From Camelus dromedarius (lineage: Eukaryota), in the NCBI RefSeq assembly GCF_036321535.1, contig NC_087436.1:26662001-26726000 (forward strand): DNA of 64,000 nucleotides, in the 5' to 3' direction. The translations under genes and the position numbers were made by a program. Within the stretch, counting starts at the first letter, position 1. Each line of letters opens with the position of its first letter. The notes under the pieces are model-generated. The model saw only the letters and a list, made by a program, of their open reading frames with translations, did not search any database and had not been told where the DNA came from. Below are positions 24,570-37,179 of the stretch, one piece after another.

Positions 24570-25617
24570 ATATGATTATTCCTTTTTAAACACTTTTTAA
24601 AGAAATTACTAGCTTAAATAGCAGAATGTTTCCAACAAAGGAAAAACATCTAGGTAAGGGGAAAAGGGAGAGAACAATTTACAACATGTTATGTTTTCAT
24701 CTCCTGTTTTCTGAAACACTGCGAAGTACATTAATTGCATTTTTTCCCGTTAACTATATTCTTGCAAATGAAATCTATTATCAAGATTTATGCAGTCTCC
24801 ACTATTGCATATGAGTAACCAGTAGTTTTTAGAGTACAGAAAATGATTAAATGTGAATAAATAGTTAAAATTTTGGCACTATCTCACAAGATTTTTTAAT
24901 CTAATTAAAGAAGTTGCTGTCAGATTTTGGAAAAAGTCCCTGTATTTAACAGCTGGGAAAACGGAGCCTCCCACAGCAGAGGCATGAAATTTAATTGCCA
25001 AGGATAAAATGCCTATTTTATTTTATCTACTATGTCAATTATTAATGGCACAATATAATACTAAATGAATTTCTTCTCCCCCTACCCCTGCCTTTAGCTT
25101 GGATATAGATATGAATCACTTATAAACTAGTGAAGGGACAGCTAGAATTCTCAGTAGTTGTAAGCTTTTTCCCAAATCATAACCTCCATCTACCATATAG
25201 TTACCAGTTAATATGCTAGCAAATAGCTGTATAATTATGTTCACAACCTCAGTCTAATTGCAGAATTGACAGCCATAAATAGCAAAGAATTTCCCTACAT
25301 GGCGTATTTCCAAAAGAATTTCAGTTGTGGCAGTACACTGTCATTCTTTCAGTGACTAAAGTAAAAATCAAGGACTGATTTACTTTTCAAAGTTAAAAAG
25401 TAGTATTTAATTGAAATATGATCTGAAAAATCCACTCATTTGAATATTGATTGACTCTCCTCTGTTTCATGAACTGTTATATAGTCTTTAAAGATAAAGC
25501 AGTGAAAAGATAAAAATGTTCAGAAACTGTCTTCAAGAAGGCTGACATCTAGTGCATCCTCTACCTGCAGCTCTACTCAGAGAAAGATGGCCACTTGAGT
25601 GCAAATTTGAGCCCAAA

Positions 25618-26103
25618 TGTTACTTCTTAGGATTTTTTTTTTTTCAGCTGGGTCTAAGAATTCTGTTGATATAAGACAGATCAACAAGAGGAAAAAACTT
25701 ACAACTTTAGTATGTCTTACTTGACAGGTGAACCCGCATACAGAATAAAGACCCAAAGAAACAGCAAAACCTGCTTGCTTTTGTATTAGGTTTAATTAAA
25801 AAATCAGTTGTAGAAAAGTGAGTAATCTAATGAAGAATCTAAGGATGTTAACGAATTATTTTAACAAAGTCTGTTTGTATAGAATTCTCTGGGTCTCAAG
25901 GTCCTTGATAAGAATGTTGCTTCCCTTCTGATATATGGAAGACATCTTCCATGGGGGTCTTATCTCCTGCTTCCAGGAAGTGAAAGAGGAAGGTCAGAGC
26001 ACTCTTTTTGCACCTGAGGGGTTTTTTTCTTCAAGTGTCTTTAGCTCACAATAATTTTCATGTCAAAAAGGCATATTTTAGGGTGACATTCTGATTTCCT
26101 TCA
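25618..26103 (-). mobile_element. MER34-family ERV1 LTR
   Basis: The reverse complement begins TGAAGGAAATCAGAATGTCACCCTAAAATATGCC...TGAGCTAAAGACACTTGA, matching the MER34 5' end. Confidence 0.85.
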
Positions 26104-26104
26104 A

Positions 26105-26385
26105 GTTCCAGCTATCCTAACTTTGTCCATCTAACTGAAAGTAGGAAGGAGAAAATAAAAAAAAAATCTGTGCCTTCTTTTTCAAGGAATTTTTAAAAAG
26201 TTGTAAAAACATATCTCCTTACAGCCATTTGGACAATATTTAGTCACAAGTCTTCAACCTGTGCATGGGTGTTGGGAAGTAGTGTCTTTGTTCTAGGCAA
26301 CCCAAGCCAAGATAAAATCCTGGGTTACTCTATCAAAGAATAAAGGTTCAGTGGATACTGGGGACGATGCGCAGTCTCCACCTTG
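26105..26385 (-). mobile_element. MLT1J-like LTR fragment
   Basis: CCATTTGGACAATATTTAGTCACA ... GTTGGGAAGTAGTGTCTTT ... GTGGATACTGGGG. Confidence 0.65.
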
Positions 26386-26608
26386 TTATCTAACGTAAAC
26401 TGCATTTGAGGACTGTGTGACTCAAGAGAAAACAACATGGCAGAATAAAAGAATGAGGAAGAGAAGGGCTATTGCTTCATTAGCAAGTCTTTTGCTCTTC
26501 TTGACATTTGATTTGATATACAGGATGATATTTAATATCCTTAGAAAACACTGACATTAAGTGTGCTTTCCTGAGAATCTATTCAACTCAGTACCAAGCC
26601 CACAGTAC

Positions 26609-26790
26609 CTAGAGGAGTCTTTCTCCAAGTCTACAGATCTCTGGTGGTAAAAGAATCACCTGAGTTGCCTGATAAAAAAATTTACCTACTTTATCCCCAA
26701 CTATGCAATTACTAAATGAGAATCTTTCAGGACAGGGCAAGCTCTCAAGATGACTCTTATACATGATTATTTAAAGAACACAAGAACTAG
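26609..26790. mobile_element. MER5-like hAT element
   Basis: AGAATCACCTGAGTTGCCTGATAAAA ... TACTAAATGAGAATCT, flanked by CTAG. Confidence 0.6.
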
Positions 26791-28858
26791 GGGAATCTCT
26801 GGCAAGCTGAGCATGAAAAGCTTGGATTCCAGAATCTTGTTTATTATATTCCCAAAACAAATCACTCAGTTTCATTCACTCCTTGTTCTGGTTTTATAAA
26901 TCTGTTCTATCCAGAAAAGAAGGATAAAAGTATTCATGGTATTCACCTGTATCAATTTGTCTATCTTGTTCTAAGGGAAAACATTCAATAATTTCAGTTT
27001 CCTGAGCTACTGAAAGATGTTTACTTTTTAAAATAAGAATATGTTAAGGATAAGTCATTCATGTGAAATGGAAGTGGCTAGCGCGTGATACAGAAATTAA
27101 ATTTATCAGTTTTCCATGCACCTTCACTAAAATCTAGGGTCTGAGTAATTCTAACATACATCTCATCTCTCACGGTGAGTTTACAATAGAAATTGAGCAA
27201 TATAAAAGGTTACACCTAACAGGTTTCTAGAATACCAGATAATTAGATTGTTAGCTATCAGCCCCTTCACCTCCATATTTGTACAGCTTAGAAAGGTGCC
27301 ATTTCAAGAAACCCAGGTGAGACCATTTGTCTTGAAATGCTGCACTGCTGGAGTCCAACAGCCTTTTAAGATAAGGCCAGACTGGACACCTTGAAGCTGC
27401 TGGTGCTGGCAACATGAACAGTCTAATTGAGTGCCTTTGTTCCTTCTCTCCAGTGAAACAGGTGAGGCTTTGTTCATTTCTGCATGCACATAAAGCCATT
27501 TAGGCTCATTTACAGCAACTGTTAGAGGCAGGTACTCGTGAAATACTGTTGATAATATTTAAATATAATTTATCTGTTGCCACAGATGACCACAAGCCTG
27601 GTGAAACCCTTTTATTCATTACATTATGATTTAGCTTTTTATTCACATTCTTTCCTCTAGCTAGACTAGATTTCTTGACAGCTGTTTCAAATTCCATTTA
27701 GGGAATAACACCAAGGGGCATGACCAAGAAGAATGAGACTTTCCCGTTACTTTTACTTTGAAGAGCCTGTATTTGGATGTGGCTTTGAATGAAAGAACTT
27801 CTTTCCAGAAAGTGACTAAGTCATGGGGTGTATTTATAGTAAAACAATACTGTCAAGTTCTTGAGAAAAGTAAAACATAATATTTAAAAATGTTAAAACC
27901 ATTACTAAATGTAACTTGATTTTTTTTTTTTTTCTTTCAAGGGAATAATGGTCTCCTCTGTGCAGGGAATGAAGACCTCACCTTTTTTTTTTTTTCTATA
28001 CATCTGTTCCCACACCTTAGATCTGGATGTGAAGAATAAATGAGAATTCGACAGAAAAATATATTTCTAACACCACCGGCATACTAGCTAAATGTTAACA
28101 TTTGTTGAGGATAGGGTCAGAGACCAACAGTATCATCAGATGAAACACTGAATAAACAACTTCAGCTGCACCATGTTGTGTCTCCCACTGTGCGTTACTC
28201 ACAAGACCTATGTCAAAAAAAGGATAGCTCTTTGGTTCTTCTCCCTGAATCCAGCATGTTCTAAGGGCACATACCTCATTTTCTTTCTCGTCTAGACATA
28301 TGCCCATCACAAATATGTGAGAATACAGGATACTCAGAAAAGAAGGAAAATCTGACTACATTACACAGGAAAAAAATTAAATTTTTACTAAAGATGTGCA
28401 TAATTTGCTTTCCATGGTGTATGTTCTGAAAGGATTTAACTATTATATGTCATGCTTTAAGTTTTTTAAATGTAGACATGACATTTACTAATGCTTAAAC
28501 AAAGTTATAAATAAATTAATTTTTCAGTAAATGTTTACTAATCCAGTGATCATACGAAGTATCCTTACCTCATTACAAAAGGATGCCTACATAGGGAACA
28601 ATGATAGGCAAACAGGAGATGCAGAGATGAGAGATCCTAAGCATCCCTTGAAAACTAGCTTGGCTAATCTAAGTATCAGTTGATCATTGCAGAGATACCA
28701 TGAGCTCCCTCAATAACCTGAACAATCAATAAATTGCTTAATGGTCCCTAAAGCAAAAGGAAAACAGCAAAATCCCACAAAGAACATCCTTAAGAGACAC
28801 TGTTTAAATACTATACACAAAAATCTGTCTCATTTATTTTGTACAGAAGTGTTTCCTT

Positions 28859-29227
28859 TGTTAACAAACAGTAGGCCCCCACAGAGTCACTTGTACTAAG
28901 CCCCATGTCAGCAAGTCAGAACCTAATTTAACTGCAGTTTCAGGCTATCCCAGGAATGCGACCTTTAACTAGTCAATTTGGAATTATCTGGTCATCACTA
29001 GTGAAATAATTCATTGGGTAGACCCCATGTGTACCCCGCCTGAAACAAGACGTTCCTTGTGAGAAACTCCCTTTCCCCACCCTCTTCTGCCTATAAAAGC
29101 CTTCCATTTGTACAGCTCCTTGGAGCTCCTTTCTTTCTGCTAGATGGGATGCTGCTTAATTAATGAATCATTGAATAAAGCCAATTAGATCTTTACATTT
29201 ATTCAGCTGAATTCTGTTTCTTTCCCA
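28859..29227 (+). mobile_element. ERV1 (MER4-group-like) solo LTR
   Basis: Starts TGTTAA. TATAAAA at 29092 and AATAAA at 29174. Flanks CCTT/CCTC fit a degenerate 4 bp TSD. Confidence 0.8.
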
Positions 29228-30599
29228 CCTCCAAGTACCAATATTTGTGGCACTTCTGATTATCATTGCTGTATAAGTGTCTTTCTCTTCTAAATAGACT
29301 AAATTTTCTTGAGAATAAAGATCCAACTGGATCATTTTTTTCCATTCCTCAACTATTCCTATTACATAGTGAATATAAGAGAAGCTTAAAACATTTGCTC
29401 GAATTAAATTCTTTAAGATAATTCAAGCCCTGAAGTAATGAATGTATTTTTCAGAAGTTTAGCTTCTTATATGTAAATAACTGTCAGACTTCATTCATAG
29501 ATTTAATTATTTATGTTTTGAGTAATAATAAAAGGTTAATCCTTTTATCAGCACAAGTTGTAGAATACTGTATAATTATTCAATGAACATTTTTCAATTT
29601 CAAAATAAATCTGTTCGGAGTATACAGATGTGTCCAGATGTATACTTATAAGCCTAAATTCCAGATTTTTAATGGGGATATAATAAATAAACAAATGTAC
29701 ATTTCCTACAGGAATAATTTTTTGGTTGCAAGTATAACTATAATTACCATTATACATCAGCTGCTATGTGCCAGGCATACTTCTAAGCCCTTTATAAATA
29801 TCATAATTCATCTTAGGTCATAGACACCTCTCTGGCTTACCCTCTTGAGGCTATCTTTCAAACTAGGTAGGAATAGATGTGAGTTTCTAAATTTTAGAAC
29901 AGAATTATTTACTCTGTCACCAGAACATCTGGTATCTAAATGGATTATTTTAAATAAACAACCAAAACATTTGCATTTCAGACATGCATCAAAGGATCTA
30001 ACTGTGAATTATTCATAATTAAGACTTTCATGAACCTCACTTAAGACATTGAAAGAATCTGTAACTAATTATCTGGTTATTTATTCTTGATATTTCCCAA
30101 TCCATAGACCTAGAACAAGTTAGTATCTCTTACAGGCTTAGCTATATCCAAGATCCTGAAACAAATCCCTTTCCTAATCCTGGGAGATTTAATTTGTTCT
30201 ACTTCAGATGACTGACATTTTAGCATTTGGAACTGGTGTTCTAATTTCTGTTACTAAATTTAAGTTTTGTAAGAACAACAACAAAAAGCATCTTAGTTCT
30301 CTGTAGAAATACTTTTACTCAGTTGAATTAATATTACATTTTCAGTATCTACAAGTTTCCATTAAAGAAAATATTTAATTGTTTTGTCAAACATAATGGA
30401 AAACTTTTCCTATTATCCCTTCTGTCCTTTATATAAGTATGCCCTGTGTGTCCCTTATATAAGAATGACATAGAACATTTTATCGGTATTCAGGGCTGAA
30501 TTGTGTGTTGCATTTTACTGGATAATATAAACTACATATAATAAAGTATTTAGTCCCCCCATAGCAAATAATTTATGACTCCTTATTGACTGATTCTAG

Positions 30600-32820
30600 A
30601 AACAGTAGTTACTACATAGTAGTCCCTACTATGTGTCAGGAACTGTTAGTCACTGGGAGTAAAACAGTCAGAAAATAACAGATACAGACCATTCTCTCAT
30701 AAATATGATGCACTGTAGTAGACTGTGAAAGTTCTATGAATGAAAATTTTATAAAGTTATAAGCTCATAGAGCCTAGGAATTCATTATTGTCTTGCTAGT
30801 TAGGAAAGAGTTCTTGAAGTAATACAGAGCAGAGATCATAGAGCAGATATCTATAGAAGGAAAGTTAGTTAAGTAGGAAAATGATTTAGAGAGTAGAGAA
30901 AACAACAGAAAAGTCTTCAAAACAGAAGAAATAGTACATAAAAAAGGAACATAAAATTTTGGGATAAAGTTGTGGAGTATTTTTTTCAGCTCTGGTACAC
31001 AGGGGTTACAAACAGATCAGTTAGAAGATAAGTCAATAGAAAGAATGTGGGAGGGTGTGAAGCTACTTAAACTAGCAGTGGAAAGGAAAGTGGTTTTTAG
31101 TGGAACTTTGGAGAAAAACAGATACGACTTAGTGATAAGTAGGATATAATATGAGAGGGCAAGGAAGTGTGACTTCTCAGTACTTGTCATAATCATAAAG
31201 ATGAATAGTGGTATCAGTCACTGAGATAATCACTGGAGGAGACCTAGTTACTTTCCTTGGTAGGGAGGGTATGAGGAAGAGACCTGAGTTTATTTGGAGT
31301 ATATTCAGTTTGAGGTAACTTTGGTCTTCATTTAACATACTTTAATACTCTACTTTGTGCGAAGAAAAATTTCAGTTTCTTTAAATATTAAGTAGGCACT
31401 TAAGAGACAGGAGTCTGAAGCTCAGTGAAGAAGTTTAAGTATAAATTTGCAAGTAATTAGCATATAGATGGTACAGAGGTAAAATGGAAGCTTTTAACAT
31501 GAATGGTCTTCACGAAATGCAGTACTGGGAGAGAAAGAGAGAGAAAGGTGATGCTCTAGAAAAAGAGATCAAGAAGCAAGAGCCAGATAGAGCAGAATAA
31601 GATCAATACAGCTTGAGTGGCAAAATGCAAGCAAAGTGTTTTGAAAAGGAAATAATTCACCAGACAATTAAGAAACCTAAAAATGTTCCTAAATTAAACT
31701 CCAGAAGGTCCTGAGTAACTAAAGCAAGTGTTCTTTTTATGGAATGATTGGAGACAGCTGAATGGGGTAAAGGGGTAAAAAGAGAAGTCAGAACGTAGAG
31801 AGAACAAAGGTCAACCACTCTAAAGAAATGTCCTTGTGAAGAAGGAACTGATGTGGTAATTTTGGAGGCTATGTATAAAGATAATATGACAACATGCTTC
31901 ATTGCCAGTTGAAAGGTTTTATTATAAAGCAGGTAGTTGAGAAACTTTAGAATTTGTTCCTTGGGTGCAATGAGAATAAAAAATGTGAATAAGGTTTAGA
32001 GCATTGGCATGAGAGTTATTAGAATAATGAAGCATGGAACAAAGGCTGAATATGGAGGGGAAACAAGATGAGGTCAAGGAATGGAGACATGGAAATATGG
32101 AAAAGTGGAGATTCACATGAGATCAAAGAATATACAGATAGTAGCAATTCACAAGTGAGCTGAGAGGGTTGGTAGAGAGAGCACTACGACTACCAGTGAA
32201 GGGGGTGGCAGGAGCACTATTGGGGGGAACAAGATCTGGCTTATGGTGTAGGATTACATGGTTGAGAAAGGGGAGGGGGAAATCTTTAGAGGTAAAGAGA
32301 TTAAAGAACAGAGAGGGTGAATGTTGGAAAGGTCATCTCTATGGAACCTGGGGTCACCCAGAATATTGGCAGTAACTAGGGTGGAGAGAATACTGAAGTT
32401 AGATGCTGACATGTTATAGGGACTGTTGGGTGGTGTAGTATAAGGACACATGCCTCAAATGTCTTCAAGATGAGTGAGTACAGATCTGGACCTTATAACA
32501 AGGAACAAACAAAATATTAAACACAGCAAACAAAGTTGAAGTGCATGGTGAGCGAGAGAATAGTCAACACTGGGTAGCGCTACAGGTAAAGTAATTCTCA
32601 AGGAAGGGGACATAACTGCAGTTAGGGCAAGAAACACTCTTAAGGAAATATTGATACTGTTTAGGAGCATAGTTCCAGCAGGTAGAGTAGGCAGTATTAT
32701 AAAGTTTAGGTGAAGGGCAATAAGGTTACTGAATCCACTTTATTGAGATGAAATTGCAGTAGATGATGGATAAGATGGTGAGAGTATGGGGTTTTAAGAA
32801 AAGGAGGACACTATGATTCT
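30600..32820 (-). mobile_element. Long decayed L2 (LINE-2)
   Basis: Starts with a tail-like CCTACTATGTGTCAGGAACTGT. A 2.2 kb purine-rich stretch contains L2 blocks (GGAGTCTGAAGCTCAG, ATAAATTTGCAAGTAATTAGCATATAGATGGTA). Confidence 0.75.
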
Positions 32821-33889
32821 CAGTGCAGACTTTTTTTTTTTTTTTTTTTTGGTAGAGTGCATACAATTTAAATAGAGGTGACCATCTATTTACATTCCAT
32901 TCCATTCCGTGACTCCACATCCTACAGGGCCAGCAGGCTCACCTCCTACCCACTCCCTTAACTTTGACAAAATACCAACTATGGTGATCAGGCTTTGATT
33001 TTTGTTTTTCTTTCTCAAGCTAACTGAGGTGAGGATAATTAATCAACATGGTAGCAATTCTCACCCACTGCCTATAAGCATATTTCCTCTTTCATTATTT
33101 TAATAATTGTTAATTATTTTATGAATACATAAGATACTATGCCTGGGTTCTGTAAAACTAGAGCAAGTTAAAACACAGATGGAATCATTAGTGCATATTC
33201 ATGATCATTTCTCATTACTGGAAGCTGTCCATCACTATATTTTCAAACACATCAGCTCAAAAAACTTGGTATTTGCATAAATAGTGTTCATCATGGAAGC
33301 ATTAACATTGTGTTAGAAGGTGAAATAAGTGCAATAAATTCATCTGTTTTAACATTATAATCCTCCAATTTATGTTAATTTCAAAAGACATAAAACAGTA
33401 GCTTATGTATCTGAAAATCTGTATAAGGTTGTAGTTTTATCAGTGAGTGTTTCTACATTAATTAAATATGCACAGGTTTGTAAAATAGAGATTAAAATAT
33501 GAAAGAGATCAAGCTATTTACAATCTAATTAGCTCAAAAATTGGATGAGTAATATAAGTGCATAATTAATCTGATTTGACTATGACAAAATCTAAAGGGA
33601 GATTATGGAATTAGTAACAGAAAAGAAGTATCTGAAAAGAAAATCTTTGTAATCAAAAGCCAAAGTAAGAGGAATTTCCTGACATCTTTAAAATAACCAC
33701 CTCACACCCAGTTTTCTGGAAGGTTTTCCTATCATATGTTGATGAATAAATACAGAGTGAAACATGAAAATATTTTACCTCCAATAGAATTTCTCAAGAA
33801 AAACACTTGTTGCAAAATACTTACAAAGTAGATAAATAACAAATTTACTTTTATATTACCTCACTTGATTTATTCTTTGCTAGCTCTCT

Positions 33890-35745
33890 TTTTCTTTCCC
33901 TCTGAACCATCTGAGGGTAATTTGTATATTTCATTGCCCTTTATCCTTAATACTTCAGTATGTATTTTCGAAGAATAAGGATATTCTTTTATATAACCAC
34001 AGTGCAGTTATAAACATCAGTAACATCATATTAATATAATACTTTAGCCAAAATTGCTCTCCTTATTCGTTTGCTGATTGTCCCAGTAGAGTCCTGTGTA
34101 GTAAGTTTTTATCTTCAGTAAAGAATCCAGTCTAGGGTCAAGTATTATACTGAGCTGTCATTTCTCTCCAGACCTCCTGAGATCTGGAAAATGTTGTCAG
34201 CTTTTCTTTGTACTTTATGAATTGATATTACTGAAAATTATCATTCCTCTGTTGTTTTAACTTTCATTTCAAAACAAAACTGAGTTTGTCTGATGCTTCC
34301 TTATTATCAGATTCAGGTTTTATACTCCTAGCCTGAATATTTTATATGTTTCCTCTCTCAGTATAGGTATCACATGTGGGGCCACACAATGTCCATCTGC
34401 CCCTCGTTAATCACGTTAATTTTTAATCACACTGTCAAAGTATTAACTGATATGTTCATTATAGACATAGGTTTGAAAGTATGTTCCAGTACAGTCTAGG
34501 GTCCCATGGTGAATACATGGGGTAACCAAGGATGATTTTAAATTTCTACGGAAACCCAATACTTGTCATCTGCCAGAAATCGCACCAACTATTAGCCTGA
34601 GGTGAGCTCCCAGTTAAATTGGATCATCCTATATTCTTTCAAAAATGCCATAACATTGCAAACCTAGTGTTCATTGTGATGAAAATGAGACCACAGAAAA
34701 AGCAATGGAAATGATCAGTGTCCAATTTGATTCCCAGTTTGTTCAATGCCCAAAAGGCACACACATCCCATTGCGTTATTTAGAAATGAAAGAAAATGCT
34801 TGTTTCTTTCAATGTGTGTATTTTTTCAAATGGTAATTAAGTATTTTGTATATAGCAATTATTAAATCATTTGAATCTATTTAATAGATAGAACTGTCTG
34901 CTATATCTTTTGGACCAGCAGAATTACTCTAAAAATTACCCAGATGTTGTACTAAGTTTCGTAAACATTCCCACTCTATGGTTGATACTTTTTTTCCCAT
35001 CATAATTAATACACTATATATGTTGAGACATTTAGATACTCACTTCAATCTTCAACATTTAATCCATGGTGAGACACTTTAAGATCCTCACCAACATGTG
35101 CCACCCCCAGATTAATCATTTAGTGGAGATTTTTGGCTGTTTCAGTGTTTAATATGATGATTACAACATGATCATTTCTATCTCCATCATTGCCTCCAAA
35201 ATTAATAATGGTCCACATTTGGCCATTTTACTGAAATAGCCTACTTTTTCTTCCTATTTGTCTATCTATCCATCCATCTAGCCAATGTTTGTTATAGGTA
35301 TGGTCTCATGAATTACATCTTATTTCAAAAGTTTATAATTCATCACTCTTAATTATTTTGTTGATCAAATTGTCCCAGACTTGGCCAGTGGAAGCCTGTT
35401 CAAGGTGGTACCTGTGTCCTTGTGACATGCACTCATTTTTTTAGTGACTCCTTACTTTCTGGCATGGCAAGATGGTCTAGTCTCATTTTGTACTTCCTGG
35501 AAATAGCCCCAGAATTAGCTATTTCTCTAAGGAACCTAACTCATGTACTTGCATGCTCACGCCTGTGCATATTTTAGAAATCATCAGTCCCTATCAATGC
35601 CTCCAACTTCAACCTGGCCAACCATTTTCTCCCTTTACTCTTTCCAATATTTGAAATCTCCTAAAGTGATGTCCTGGCTCTCAATACATCAAAACATTTA
35701 CTCATTTCCTAAAAAAATATATTGTATTTATAAAATATTTTGATT
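33890..35745 (-). mobile_element. L1MC4/5-like 3' region, split by a Charlie element
   Basis: AAGAATAAGGATATTCTTTTATATAACCACAGTGCAGTTAT and CAAATTGTCCCAGACTTGGCCAGTGGAAGCCTGTTCAAG. Confidence 0.8.
34465..34977 (+). mobile_element. hAT-Charlie (Buster-group) internally deleted DNA transposon
   Basis: 34748-34771 encodes AQKAHTSH, resembling the Buster/Charlie transposase C-terminal QxHxSH motif. It interrupts L1MC-like sequence. Confidence 0.65.
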
Positions 35746-35849
35746 AATTATTTCCATTTGGCCATCTTATTCATTTGAAATAAAGTTGGGTTAATTTGCT
35801 CCTGTTTGTTTTCATTTTTATTTTTTTCCTCCTTCCCACTCTTACTGTG

Positions 35850-36480
35850 ATATAAAAAATATCAGTAGCATTCACATGCTTTCAGAAGTCAACGTTATAC
35901 AAAGATTACTTATAGAAGTGTCACTCACTCTCATCCACTGTCCCAATCCTACCTCTTATTCTTGTCATTATTGTTGGTGGCTTTATTCTTTCTGGGGTTC
36001 TTTTCATGTAGACAAGCAAAAATATGGTTATTATCTACTGTTTCTTCTTTCCTACATCAAATGTAGCATCTTACATATTCTATTTTGCAACTGCTTTCGC
36101 ACATAAAAATATCTCCCAGAAATCGTTCTGTTTCACTTTGTTGGTATCTCCCTCATTCTTTTTTTAAAGTTGTGTAATGCTCTAATATAGTTATGTATCA
36201 CGGTTTATTCACCTATCTCTTATGTTTGGATATACAAGTAATTCTCAATGGCACAATTAACTTGTATATATATGTTTTCATATTGTTGAGGGTGTATATT
36301 TAGGACATCTTCCTAGAAGTAGGATTGGTAGCTTGAAGGGTAAATTCATATTTTTGTAGAATATTGCCCAAAACTACTCTGTTAGGTGTATCAGTTTTAC
36401 ATTACCAAAGTATGAAACTGTTTCCCCCCAGTTTCACCAAATGACTAAATTTTCTGCCCATTTTCCTACTTAGTGTTGTC
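35850..36480 (-). mobile_element. Ancient L1 (L1ME-like) fragment
   Basis: TTCCTAGAAGTAGGATTGGTAGCTTGAAGGGTA and CATATTCTATTTTGCAACTGCTTT. Confidence 0.65.
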
Positions 36481-37179
36481 TAAATTTTAATTTAGAGTCA
36501 TTTAAATTACTTTTTAAATAATTGTTTCTCGTATAGAGCATAGAGTTGGTTTTGCATTATGTTGTAATTTGAAATATTTTAATTTTAATAGTCTGAATTA
36601 GCCTAGTCTCCTTTAAAGCCTTACTTTTCAATAGATTCTATTTTACATTAAGGGCTTCTGGGTTATTTGGTTCATAGTTAGTAACAAATGTTATTTCTTC
36701 ACTTTGAAATGTAGTTTTTAGCATCATAAATTATTCCTCTTTGTTTTATTTATTCCTTTGGTCTTGAATTTTATGTGCTTTCAGGATTGTAACCTCAATT
36801 TCTTTGTTGTGAAATTGTCAATGTATTTGGCCTGTATTACATGCTTTTCATAGGGATAAATATATTAAAGACACTGATTATAAAACTAAATACACATGGT
36901 AAAATTGCAAGTAATGCTTAAAAGAAAAGAAATGAAAATCAGCTTTTCAAAAAGAGAAGAGGGACATTTAGGGATGTAAACAGAAACCTGCAATAAATCT
37001 AAAAACTGTTGAGAAAAAGTCAAGGCCAGAAAGTATGGGAAAATGAATACATAAACACAATGGCCAAAGTAAAACTCAATATATAAATAATCACAGTAAA
37101 TTTAAATGTTATCTCGTTCCAGTTAAATACAAGCAATGTCATACTTCCCCTCTCTAGCTCCTGTGCTCTCTCCTTCTAG

